A stretch of DNA of 58,710 nt, counting the filler, from Diploschistes diacapsis (Eukaryota), in assembly GCA_023645945.1 (NCBI GenBank). It is 6 parts of 6 records of this genome, joined end to end, with 100 filler letters (N's around TTAATTAATTAA, not from the genome) between each part and the next. Parts side by side here need not be neighbours in the genome. Positions count along the whole stretch, not along the records: positions 1 to 9,733 come from JALAIB010001000.1; positions 9,834 to 19,559 come from JALAIB010001001.1; 4 more parts are not named here. One strand, written 5' to 3'. Positions 1 through 10,482 of this stretch are shown here, piece after piece. Both the position numbers and the translations under genes were made by a program. The stretch's first letter is position 1. The number at the start of each line of letters is the position of its first letter. The notes under the pieces were generated by a model. That model was not told the DNA's origin. It saw only the letters and a list, made by a program, of their open reading frames with translations, and did no database searches.

Positions 1-593
1 TTTATATACCATACCACATCTGCAAAAGGATAACTTAGTTTCCTTTTCCTTTGCTAAACTCATTCTGCTCTAGGAAGAAGAAGAGTTTGGATGAAGGGGA
101 CTTCTTATGCGTATAAAACGAGGGGGGGGGGGGGGAGAGCTGAAAGGGTGCTTGCTAATGTAGCCAAACAGATGCCCCATTCCACCACGTATGGACTTCT
201 CATATGGGCATCAAGCTTCGTTTCCCAGTTGCATCGAGTTCCCGTTTTATCTACTCTTCGCCACCGCCGCTAGATCCCACCCCTTCTCGCCCGTCCTCTC
301 CACCTTTCAGCCCTTCCATCCCGTAACTAGCAGGAGGGGCAAAAGGGGTCTCTCTTTGCGCTAAAATGCTAATGCTACTGGAAATAACATGCAATCAAGA
401 AATAGCAAGAGCATCCTCAGGCTAGGCTGCGTCTACGCGCTGCGGCGCATCTGCCACGTTTCGCAACACCTCTGACTTTTCCTCTGAGCTATCCTTCGCG
501 CGGGTCCCATGGTCCTATCGCCCATGCTCGTTCAATTGTCCAGCTCCAAGGTCTATCTTGCGGGTGAATGTCGCAGGGGAAGGCGGCCGTAAC

Positions 594-1793
594 TTAGCTG
601 GAGCCAGCACCGAGTGGATTCATCGGCTCCGCCTTGGCCTTGGTGTCTTCGGCGTCATCCTTTGCATTTTCAGCCGCCACGGTACGTGAATCGGGAGCAC
701 GGCCGGTGTCGGTGCTGTCATCATCATCGTCTTCGTCCTCCAGGCCCTCCATCGCGAATCGCAACCCCTCGCGACCATGCTCCTTCTCCATCTTGTCCAG
801 CATCTTCTGTTCCTTCGCGGGATCCTCGGACCACCACCCCGGAGTGAAAGTAACCTTGGCGATCTTCTTGTCTTTCCAGTTCTTGATCAGCTCCATTGCC
901 GCGCAGAACTCGGAGTGATTGCTGAGATGAACCATGCCGCCGGACATTCTGATGCGCTTGACGTGATGGTCGGTGTCGTCCTCGTTGCGGGCTTTGTTGT
1001 AAGGCGCCGGAGAGTTGTAGACTTCGTGACGGCCTAGGTCCCCAGCGAAGTGGATGGCGCGGAGGCCCCTGAGCGTTTTGTTGGCGTGCTCGAGCAGGTG
1101 CTTCATCTCGGAGATGCGGTTATGCTGGAGCTTATCAGGACCCTTCTCACGGCTGACCTGGCCACGTTCGGGACGGTTGGACTTGTCATCGGGTGTGCAG
1201 GCGTCGTGGCGGAGAGCGTGCTTAAAGTAGATGGTCAGGTGGGTGCAGAATACCTTCTCAAGGGGAGAGACGATGTCCTTGCAGTGAAGCAGAGGATTGG
1301 AGCGGCGGTATTCGTCCAAAGGTTTGCTATCGACTGTCACCTCAATGTTGTCGATTATCGGTAGCTGACCGAGCCACTCGTCACGAATGATTGGGTGAGC
1401 ATTCAGAAAGACGAATGGATCGCCAACAGCAAAGTGGCACGTCGGCCAGGGGAGTTGAAGAGAGTAGCCGCGCAGGATTCGAAGCCGTTTGTACTCGTCA
1501 TCGTAGATCACGTCGCGGATCTCACGGGGAAGTGAGAGGAAGCTGGCCCCGGTCACGGTGATGTTGTTTGAAGTAGACGCTTGAGCCATATCTGCTGCTA
1601 GTCTTGCCGTGAAAGCCTCTATGATGGCTTGTTCGTTCTGAAGCAGCTGACGATCTTCCTCGTTCAGTGACTGAGACCTGCTGGAGTCCTTAGAAGCAGT
1701 GGGTGAATGCGACGAAGAAGAAATTGGCACTGGGTGGGAATCTCGGGGTTTTAAATCAGGACTGGCACTTCTGGAGCGCTTGGGAGGAGTCAT
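594..1793 (-). CDS. Hypothetical protein with F-box-like motif
   Basis: 399-aa single ORF. SFLSLPREIRDVIYD resembles the fungal F-box-like 'FL.LP.EIR..IY' motif; low-complexity N- and C-termini. Confidence 0.6.
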   Translation of the reverse strand: MTPPKRSRSASPDLKPRDSHPVPISSSSHSPTASKDSSRSQSLNEEDRQLLQNEQAIIEAFTARLAADMAQASTSNNITVTGASFLSLPREIRDVIYDDEYKRLRILRGYSLQLPWPTCHFAVGDPFVFLNAHPIIRDEWLGQLPIIDNIEVTVDSKPLDEYRRSNPLLHCKDIVSPLEKVFCTHLTIYFKHALRHDACTPDDKSNRPERGQVSREKGPDKLQHNRISEMKHLLEHANKTLRGLRAIHFAGDLGRHEVYNSPAPYNKARNEDDTDHHVKRIRMSGGMVHLSNHSEFCAAMELIKNWKDKKIAKVTFTPGWWSEDPAKEQKMLDKMEKEHGREGLRFAMEGLEDEDDDDDSTDTGRAPDSRTVAAENAKDDAEDTKAKAEPMNPLGAGSS

Positions 1794-2320
1794 TGTTGGA
1801 GCTTGTCATTAACAGTTCTACACGATGCAGAAGAAGAGCAAGACAAAGCATTTTGGGTCAGATAATGACGTTTGAAAAAACAGAAGCATTTGTTCAGGAA
1901 GTCACCGAACAGTACAACCAGTGATAACCTCAGCAACAAGAAATCTATAGTTTTGTTTGTTCGCTCACCAGTAAAGTGTTCAGATAGAGCGTAGCCTCTA
2001 AGTTACTGACCATCAAGTCGGATCCCAGAGTCCATTCTCTATGTAAAACCGCTGGCAGTCAATGGTATGGGGTACTCCTCAGAGCAGCATAATACCATTG
2101 TCGTTGCCCTGAGGTGCTTTGTCTGATTCATACGAAAGCTCCTTTGTAAATCTATCTATCCAGGCATGTTTACTATCCCGAACCGGTATGCCGTCTTGGC
2201 ACTCTCGGCACTCTCGGCCCGGTGTTGGTTGAAAACGACACTTCCCCAGTTATCTAGTGCTGATGGTGTTCTCATGGGCCCGTTCAGCAGTAGTAAGACC
2301 AAGGGCGTAAGGCCGCTGGA

Positions 2321-4606
2321 ATGGCAAATATTCAACCTCGCCAGATATGGGCTGATCCAAATCCTACGCAAGGGCCTCGATGTATCGCTTTCGACCTTCC
2401 GTCTAATGGGCTTGTCGTCCTCAACGCGTCGACTACGATTACACTGAGCCAAGATGCAGTCTACCAACCAATCTGCACGCCCATCGAGACGTCCATGGGA
2501 AATGCAAATGCTACGCTTCCTGTGGTCGAACTGGGCGATCCTTTCGAAGCCTCCACTGTCCCGCAAATGTTCGTACTCGGCTGCATGATGGTCTTTGCTT
2601 GGTCACTTTTTATCATACTGATCATAACACCTCGCTCGGCTTTCGCCATCAATGGCCCTGGGGGCGGCCACCTCGGAGCTCATGGGATAAGAAACAACGC
2701 CCCTGGCGCTACAATGGTGGTTGGAGTGGGTGGAAGGCCACTGCTTCAGAAGTTTGCGACGGCTACTGTTGGCATATCATTGATCATTGCTGCGGTCAAC
2801 AGCTTCAAAGTCATACGGGATCAATACGAGCAAGGCTTCGAAGACGCCGAAGCCATTACGAACCAGGTGGTCGCCTCTTATGAAATGCGAATAATACGTG
2901 TCGTATCAACGACGATGCTCTGGCTTGCCCAAGTACAGACCCTCATCCGCTTATTCCCGCGGCATAGGGAGAAGATAATAATCAAGTGGTCCGGGTTCGG
3001 GCTGATAGTGCTAGATACACTTTTCGCTATCCTCAACAATTTCGTTGCCGGCGGTGGCGAAGGACCAGGCACTGACAGGCCTCGACGATTTACTGAAGCG
3101 GTCCCAGCATTGGCATACCTTTTCGAGCTCGCGCTTGGCCTGCTTTACGCAGCATGGGTGATCTATTTCTCGTTGGTCAAGAGACGCTTTGCCTTCTTTC
3201 ACCCTAAGATGCGCAACATTTGTCTAGTTGCTCTGCTTTCAATTATCTCCATCTCCATTCCGGTAGTTTTCTTTGTGATGGATATCGCACAGCAGGATCT
3301 TGGCGGGTGGGGCGACTACATACGTCTGGTTGGCGCGGCAGCAGCTAGCGTCGTGGTTTGGGAATGGGTAGAGAGGATTGAGTCCTTGGAACGCGAAGAA
3401 AGAAAAGACGGTATCCTGGGCCGAGAGATTTTTGACGGAGATGAAATGCTTCAAACAACCAGATCCGTCGAGGTTCGGTGGCCCTACTCGCGTTCAATCC
3501 ACAAGAGCTACTACTCGAGAGCCAATGGCTGGGGAAGCGGCGGGTTCGGGAAGGGAGAAAGCGTATTCTCTCCTAATTTCAGCCAGTCGACGTCCGCCGA
3601 GCTATCTGCGAGGCGCTCCGATGCAGCACATCGAAGTCGCGGAAGCCGTACCGCTATTCGCCAAAACGCGCATTCTTCCCTCGGACGACCAATTCGGGAC
3701 CACAATCAAGTCGGTCCATCGCTCCATCCTACCTTATCACCCATCTCACGTTCAGACACGGCCAGTGCTAATAGCACAGTCTACGCTGTTGTTCATTACC
3801 CCATCTCTCCATCGTCTACGCCTGCGCAGCAGGACAGGGTAGAGCCCGTTGCGACTGCGGTTCAGTTCGCTCCGGAGACGATCTCGCGCTCCCAAGCCCT
3901 TTTCCAAAACCCGAGTTCCGCCAACGGATCATCCTCGGGAGCTCTCCCAACCACTACACAAGCGCTAACGACGCGACTACAATCGATTCCAAACCCATTC
4001 AAAAGGCGCCGGCGCTCGCCACCTCTGGAGGTCTCCCGCTCCGCTGTCGACGCCGCGGGTGCTCCTTCTGCAGCGCGCTGGGCCACAACTCGGAGGCCAA
4101 AAAACCTGTTCCGCCTGAGAAGGCAACAGCCACTCCTTCCTTCCGAGCTACCGCTGGTGGTAGTGCCCGCTCAGTCCAGAGGCCGAGTTTGGAGTCCACC
4201 TGCTGATGCTGGGGACACAACTCACCGTCTGGGCAGCTCCAACCCTTTATCAGGGCCAACCACAATCCCGTCAATCCTCCGGAATGCAGCAAACGGTATC
4301 GCTGACAGATCAAATATCGAAGCAGCTCGCAACGTGCCTACACAGCAAGTGAATGAGAGTCCACCAAGGCATCCACCTCACCCAGGTAGAGAGGAATCGA
4401 CATTGCACACCACCAACATCAACATTCAGCCTGGACAAAACTCATCCGAGAATACGACTACCTCGGAGCGCTCCTGCTCATCCGAACAGATGTCAAGCAG
4501 GATCTCGACGTTATCTCCTGTCGAAGAGCACCCGTCCCCAGAACTCGGTGCAACTGCACATCCCTTGCATGCGACGCCTGACGGCGGAGACCGTTCCCCG
4601 TCCTAA
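2321..4606 (+). CDS. palH: pH-response regulator PalH/Rim21 (7-TM ambient pH sensor)
   Basis: 761-aa intronless ORF with about 7 hydrophobic segments, motifs WLAQVQTLIRLFPRHREK and VVWEWVERIE...GILGREIFDGDEM, and a long Ser/Pro/Arg-rich cytosolic tail. Confidence 0.92.
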   Translation: MANIQPRQIWADPNPTQGPRCIAFDLPSNGLVVLNASTTITLSQDAVYQPICTPIETSMGNANATLPVVELGDPFEASTVPQMFVLGCMMVFAWSLFIILIITPRSAFAINGPGGGHLGAHGIRNNAPGATMVVGVGGRPLLQKFATATVGISLIIAAVNSFKVIRDQYEQGFEDAEAITNQVVASYEMRIIRVVSTTMLWLAQVQTLIRLFPRHREKIIIKWSGFGLIVLDTLFAILNNFVAGGGEGPGTDRPRRFTEAVPALAYLFELALGLLYAAWVIYFSLVKRRFAFFHPKMRNICLVALLSIISISIPVVFFVMDIAQQDLGGWGDYIRLVGAAAASVVVWEWVERIESLEREERKDGILGREIFDGDEMLQTTRSVEVRWPYSRSIHKSYYSRANGWGSGGFGKGESVFSPNFSQSTSAELSARRSDAAHRSRGSRTAIRQNAHSSLGRPIRDHNQVGPSLHPTLSPISRSDTASANSTVYAVVHYPISPSSTPAQQDRVEPVATAVQFAPETISRSQALFQNPSSANGSSSGALPTTTQALTTRLQSIPNPFKRRRRSPPLEVSRSAVDAAGAPSAARWATTRRPKNLFRLRRQQPLLPSELPLVVVPAQSRGRVWSPPADAGDTTHRLGSSNPLSGPTTIPSILRNAANGIADRSNIEAARNVPTQQVNESPPRHPPHPGREESTLHTTNINIQPGQNSSENTTTSERSCSSEQMSSRISTLSPVEEHPSPELGATAHPLHATPDGGDRSPS

Positions 4607-5381
4607 CGGATAAGATACGATTACTTCATGTTCATCACAATGGCGCCTCTGACCCATTCCTGCCGTCGGCTGGCAGAATCACGGAGCCGAGCTCCAAACC
4701 TCGTTGTCTACGCGCAACTCGCTAGCCTTGGGACGGCCGGAAGGCTCTCTCAACTTTCGCGACGAAGTAACCCGCGCTTTCTGCGCACGAGTTCGAAGGT
4801 CTCTCGCAGAGGTGCGTGCCAGCAAAGGCCCGAGCATATAGCGAACCCACTTTGGGACGCTACAGCCGCGCCAGCAGGGCAGCGTAAAGAACAACGGCAA
4901 ACAACCACATCCTTTGCTCCGAAAGTATGCTGCAAAACTTGCTTCGCTGCAGGGGACGGGATATCATATCGCATCTACTTGGAATCGCAGGAGATGCTCG
5001 GAGGATGAGCTGGGAAGGAAGCATAACGAATATCATGACCAGATACCCTTGGGCCCGGACTGTTGATAATTTTTTTTTTCCTTTGGGAGTTCATCTAATG
5101 CTGTGTAAATGTGTGCTGAAGTACTTGCGATATATAGGATCGATCTCGCATTCATGTCTGCTTTGTTGTATAGTAACTATGTACAGGAATTTTCACATGT
5201 TTCGGCAGAACGCCATCAATGTTTCAGCACCATGTCCTCGGAAAATAGCTGGCAGTTCGGAAAGCCCTTCACCACGCGGCTTTCTTTTGCCAAAGTCTCG
5301 TTGTCGTGTCCGCTCCAGCACAATCGAACGGGCATATGCGCCCGAGACTTCTCTCCGTCTTTCCACTCTTCATTCCCCTTT

Positions 5382-7298
5382 CTACCGCCCTTGAAACTGC
5401 CCCTCCGTGTTTCCCTCCCCCATGCTCCGGCTCCCGCTGCTCCCACTCAGCACGGCCCCCAGCATCCCATCCACGTATTCCGCCCCGCTCCACCTCTGAT
5501 GCCGCAGCACGTCGACCCCGAGCGCCATCTCCCGACTCTGCACGAGCCTCACGTACGCCAGCATGCCCTCCTCCCTGAACGCCCTGCTCAGCTCTGCCGT
5601 GACCGTCGCCGTGCTGTGCAGGCCCGCCAGGCTGACGAGCTGCAGCACGAAGCCCTCCCGCGCCAGGTCCCAGATGAAGTTCTTGAGGGCGGCGTCGTCG
5701 AAGCCGGCGCCCGCCCAGTTGAACGAGGGCGAGAGGTTGTACACGAGTTTCTTGCCCGGGAGTGCGGCGCGGATGTCGCGGGCGAAGCTGGCCGCGGCGG
5801 CGACCGAGGCGGTGCCCGTCTCCAGCCAGAGGAGGTCGGCGTACGGCCCGTAGGCGAGGGCGCGCTTTGTCGCGGCGGGGAGCCCGGCGCGGTAGTGGTA
5901 GAAGCCTTCGCGCGTGCGGGGGATATCCCAGGAGAAGGAGACCGGGGTGTTGGAGGGGGTGAGGGAGGTGGCGAGTTGGCGCCGGGTGTGGATGGGGAGG
6001 TTCCGGTCTTGGGAGATGGTGTTGGTGTATTTGGAGATAGAGAAGGCGGGGGCGGAGGTCGATTCGAGATGGCCAACCACGGCTGTCAAGGTTAGTGTTC
6101 GGAGCATGCGGAATGGGAGCGCTTCGATCTAGGGGTACTTGCCTTCGTCAAAAGTTACGAGCTTGTGAGTTTTCACCCACTCGGCTTCGTAGGCATCAAT
6201 CTCGGGTCCTGAGGCGCCCTTCATTTCCATGACCTGCAGTGTTTCTGCTAGCGGTTCTGTTTCTTCTGTTACGCCGAGTATGTACTCGTGGTCCCGGGCG
6301 TCAATGGCACTGCTGAGAAGCTTGCCGCTTTCCGAGTCCGTCCTGGCAATTACAAGATTCTCGCTGCCCATTATGTCCCATTGGTACCGTGCGGCTACTA
6401 ACCGGTTGATGTGTTCTCCCGTAGGAACCAGGACCTTGCCAGCTAGATGGCCGCACTTCTTACCGCCGTGCAGCTGATCCTCAAAATGAACAGCAGCAGC
6501 TCCGTTCTCGGCGAAGAGCTTGGCAAGCTTCATCACTGCCGACAGACCGCCATGGCCGGTATCACCATCGGCGATGATCGGACGTAGGTAGTCGATATAA
6601 GGAGTGCTTTTCCTCTCTTCGGAGCTCAGCTTCCTCCGCGCATCGAAATGTTTCCGGTCATGGAGTTGCTGGGCTTTGAAGAGCCGCTGAACCTGATTTG
6701 GCACAGTATTGTACGGATAGTCCCCAAAGTCCGCCGACACCTCATTGGTCGTTGTTAGAAGCGAAGAGCATAGCCACCCAGATATGTACAGAACTTCTTG
6801 GTTCGGCGCTTGCTGCGTCATTTGTGCCGGGTCAGCAACCCCCAGGGTGTGTACTGGCTGGCCAGCTGTGGCCCTTTCATTCAGCAAATTGAAGAGCTTC
6901 CGCGCCATGAGGGAACTAGGATAGCTTTGTTGGAGCGTCCCCCTCTTGCTGACCACATCATCTGCTGTATATGGTCTCTTGATGCCTTCGAATCTCCGAG
7001 TAGCCCACCAGTCCTTTACCGCCTCTGTCTCCTGCTTGAAGAGGTCATCCTCTGCGGCACCGGCTTTCTGCGACTCCGGAAGCAGCTGGAAGCCATCTGC
7101 TGGTTGGGCAGCCGGGATCGGAGGATCAACTTTCGATAGATATCCTCGCGCGCGAGGCGTCATAGAGAAAAGTCGCTGAGTACATAAAGACTTCCCCGTC
7201 GGGCGGATGGAGCGCGAGAGACAGCGGGGAGCATTGCGCAGCATAATGGAGCTTCCAACCCTTAAAAGCTGCTTATGAAGGCACTGCCGCCTCATCAT
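5382..7298 (-). CDS. mclA: Mitochondrial 2-methylisocitrate lyase (isocitrate lyase family); exons 7298-6143 and 6082-5382
   Basis: [12 protein letters not shown] active-site loop (MCL-type HL rather than ICL-type HM), [27 protein letters not shown]; Arg-rich N-terminal presequence; divergent from methylcitrate synthase. In-frame splice requires a GC-AG intron at 6142-6083. Confidence 0.92.
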
Positions 7299-7621
7299 CA
7301 GAGCATCGCAAAAAATCCACAGGGGTTTGAGTGATTCTCTCAGGGCCTAATGCCCGATTTCGAAGCAATTGTCATTTGATTCCGAATTCCGGATAGCCCG
7401 AGGCTCGGTTAGGATCGGCCTGGCTAGGTGATCGTCGGGAGAACACGGGGCAGGCCGGCAAGGGAGGTTATGACAACTTCCGCATCTTATAGAATACCTT
7501 AATAGCTTCAGCAATGCAGTCTTGGTGAATTTGGTGTATATTCTAAATATTTGACTCTATATTGGCCGCGAAGATCTGCACATCATTGACGTGTAGTCAT
7601 TTGCCCTGCTTACGTCTTTCA
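7299..7621. promoter_or_regulatory. Shared bidirectional promoter of mclA and mcsA
   Basis: About 320-bp interval between two divergent start codons of same-pathway genes; contains several CGG/CCG triplets. Confidence 0.55.
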
Positions 7622-9424
7622 ATGGCACAAGTAATGTTGCCACTAAGGGCTTTCAGGGTCCCTCAAGTATGCGTACCCCTTTCCTTGCTTACCTGGATAT
7701 TGATGGATTAGCTCAAAGCATTGCGGTCTTGCCTGGCATGTGGATCAAGACCATACTCATCGGCCGCCGAGCCAGACCTAAAGGCAACTTTAAGAGAGGT
7801 CATACCAGAGAAGCGGGAGCTACTAAAGAAGGTAAAGAGCCATACCAGCAAAGTCATCGGTGAAGTCAAGGTTGAAAACACACTGGGCGGAATGAGGTAC
7901 CTGAAAAAATTCATTGCAAGTTAGAATGTGACTGAATTTCGTCAAGGGGTCTCACCGCCATGGTATGGGAGGGTTCAGTCCTGGACGCCAACGAAGGCAT
8001 CCGCTTCCACGGCCGAACAATCCAAGACTGCTCCGAGCAATTACCCAAAGGCAGAACCGGCCACGAGATGCTGCCGGAAGCCATGTTCTGGCTCCTCCTA
8101 ACCGGAAAATTACCGAGCGAGTCTCAGATCCGGAAGTTCTCTCGTGAACTCGCCGAAAAGTCCAAGCTCCCGAACTTCGTCGAGCATATGCTGGACAGCT
8201 TCCCGGCGGACCTGCACCCGATGACCCAATTCGCCTGCGCCGTGTCCGCCCTGAACCACACATCCGCCTTCGCCAAGGCGTACGAAAAGGGCCTCAACAA
8301 GGCCGACTACTGGGAACCCACCTTCGACGACAGCATCTCGCTAATCGCCAAGCTCCCAACCATTGCCGCGAAGATCTACCAGAACTCCTATCGAGGCGGC
8401 GGACAATTACCCGCACAAGTAGACCCGGAGCAGGACTGGTCGTACAACTACGCCGCCATGCTCGGCATGGGCGGCGAGAAGAACGTCAACTTCCAGGATC
8501 TGATCCGGCTGTACCTCGCTCTGCACGGGGACCACGAGGGCGGCAACGTCTCTGCGCACGCCACCCACCTCGTGGGCTCCGCGCTCAGCGACCCCTTCCT
8601 AAGCTACAGCGCCGGCCTCCAGGGCCTCGCTGGACCGCTGCACGGGTAAGTACCCTCCCAAAGCCCTGAGCCCCCTATTCCCCTTCCCTTGGACCAACCA
8701 ACCCCATTCCTAACGCGCGTCATCCCCATCCAGCCTCGCCGCCCAAGAAGTCCTCCGCTGGGTGCAGCGCATGCAATCACACATCGGCACCTCGTACTCG
8801 GACCAAGACGTGCGCGACTACCTGTGGAGCACGCTGCGCTCCGGGCAGGTGGTCCCCGGCTACGGGCACGGCGTGCTGCGGCAGCCGGACCCGCGCTTCA
8901 AGACGCTCATGGCCTTCGGCTCGTCGCGGCCGGAGATCGCGCAGGACCCGCTGTTCCGGCTGGTAAGGAAGAACTCGGAGATTGCGCCGGGGGTGCTGAA
9001 GGAGCATGGGAAGGTGAGGGTTTTTCTCTTTTTTCTTCTTCTTTCCCCCCACTCCCCCCCTCCTCCTCTTTCTTGCGTAGCAAAGCATAACTATGTATGA
9101 GAAAGGGGAAGAAGATCTGGCGGTTGCTCTGGTCGGGGGCAGCGAGTGGCTAAAGCGCACCCGAAACCGAACCGTACTGACATATTATCCGTGCGCGCCA
9201 CAATACAGACGAAGAACCCGTTCCCCAACGTGGACTCGGCGTCGGGCGTGCTGTTCCACCACTACGGCTTCCGCGAGACGCTGTACTACACGGCCATCTT
9301 CGGCGTCAGCCGTGCCCTGGGCCCGCTGGCGCAGCTGGTGTGGTCGCGCGCGCTGGGCCTGCCGATCGAGCGGCCGAAGAGCATCGATCTCAGCGGCCTG
9401 CTGGCCAAGGCCGAGGCTCGATGA
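7622..9424 (+). CDS. mcsA: Mitochondrial 2-methylcitrate synthase (5 exons; introns about 7667-7711, 7898-7946, 8646-8733, 9014-9208)
   Basis: Citrate synthase family motifs [21 protein letters not shown] (AAQE rather than the citrate-synthase ANQE), [32 protein letters not shown] introns join the ORF pieces in frame. Confidence 0.9.
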
Positions 9425-9481
9425 TGGGGGACGCTACGCTACGCTACGTGCAAGAAAGGAGTTGGGGCGAGGGTGTGTGCG

Positions 9482-9502
9482 CATATATATATATATATAT
9501 AT
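9482..9502. repeat. (AT)n microsatellite
   Basis: catatatatatatatatatat downstream of mcsA. Confidence 0.85.
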
Positions 9503-9733
9503 TGCTGGAATATGGGAGAGGATGTAAATCGTGGGGGCTTGAAAAAAAAAGCACTTTCGAATAGCTTGACGTGCTGGAGCGTCTTGGAACCAACCAACAG
9601 ACTATCGAGGGGGTACTCTATGCAGATGAATTTTTTCTTCGCAACACCCGAGAAGTTTTGTGAAAAGCATGTGCACAACAACAACAAAAAACAACCAGCG
9701 TAGGATACTCGCACCCCTCCAGGACCATCCCCC

Positions 9734-9833
9734 NNNNNNNNNNNNNNNNNNNNNNNNNNNNNNNNNNNNNNNNNNNNTTAATTAATTAANNNNNNNNNNN
9801 NNNNNNNNNNNNNNNNNNNNNNNNNNNNNNNNN
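9734..9833. other. Artificial contig spacer (N-run, TTAATTAATTAA, N-run)
   Basis: 100-nt N block with a central six-frame stop linker. Confidence 0.98.
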
Positions 9834-9947
9834 GCTTGAATATTTTTTTAGATTTTTAAAAGGCTTATGGGTGGTATAATAGCTCTATGAAATAGACGCA
9901 TTTTGGTGTAATTTGGGGGAGGGTCCATTACTTTTGGCATAGTACTG
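9834..9947. mobile_element. Terminus of a Tc1/mariner-like DNA transposon at the contig start
   Basis: Ends in GTCCATTACTTTTGGCATAGTACTG|TA (reverse complement TA|CAGTACTATGCCAAAAGTAATGGAC), matching the CAGT....CAAAAGT TIR pattern with a TA target; AT-rich. Confidence 0.5.
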
Positions 9948-10100
9948 TATATTATTATCAAGGAATGGGTTCCCACCCTACTCCCCCAACTTTTGGTTGT
10001 CCGCAGTTTTCGACCGAATAATTTTTTTGGTCCGTTGAATGCCCCGTTGGAACGGGGATTGTTTCTAGTCGCTTAGGCCTAGAATGAAGAATATTCGGGG

Positions 10101-10330
10101 TGGCAGCAATGGGCATCGAACCCACGACCTCTCATCTTTTAACGAAAAAATCATCCCGCAATCGTCTTCTTCGCCATTCGACCGTGCCGCAATAGGTTAT
10201 ACTATATGTGGAGAAAAAGCGGCGCGAGCAGTACTCCCAAGTCAAAACGCTGTTTATTATGATACCTAAATACTTTTGGTATCTTAATAGTAGTTGTCCG
10301 AAACATGCAATAGCATCGCCTTGACCACTC
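10101..10330 (-). pseudogene. tRNA-like remnant (separated T-arm/acceptor half and D-arm fragment)
   Basis: Minus strand shows GAGTGGTCAAGGCG (A-box/D-loop-like, about 10330-10317) and AGAGGTCGTGGGTTCGATGCCCATTGCTGCCA (B-box/T-arm and 3' acceptor, about 10132-10101). No matching 5' acceptor strand or anticodon arm is seen. Confidence 0.3.
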
Positions 10331-10482
10331 CTAACGTTATGTAAGAACATTCTTAAGCCAAATTAAGCCAAACAAACACCTTGGTAAGCATACAGTATTG
10401 AGTGCCCACTACCTCCGAATCCACCACTACAGAGAAGACCCCAAGATACTTTCTTTCCTATCAGCCGGCCTTCTTTCCCGCT

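Noticed and set aside
5109..6095. 328-aa antisense ORF (and other overlapping ORFs) opposite mclA
   Set aside because: Shadow ORFs caused by the extreme GC3 of the real gene; no recognisable motifs.
9778..9789. Palindromic TTAATTAATTAA recurring every 9.8 kb as a possible repeat array or recombination site
   Set aside because: Always centred in N runs; a synthetic six-frame stop linker.
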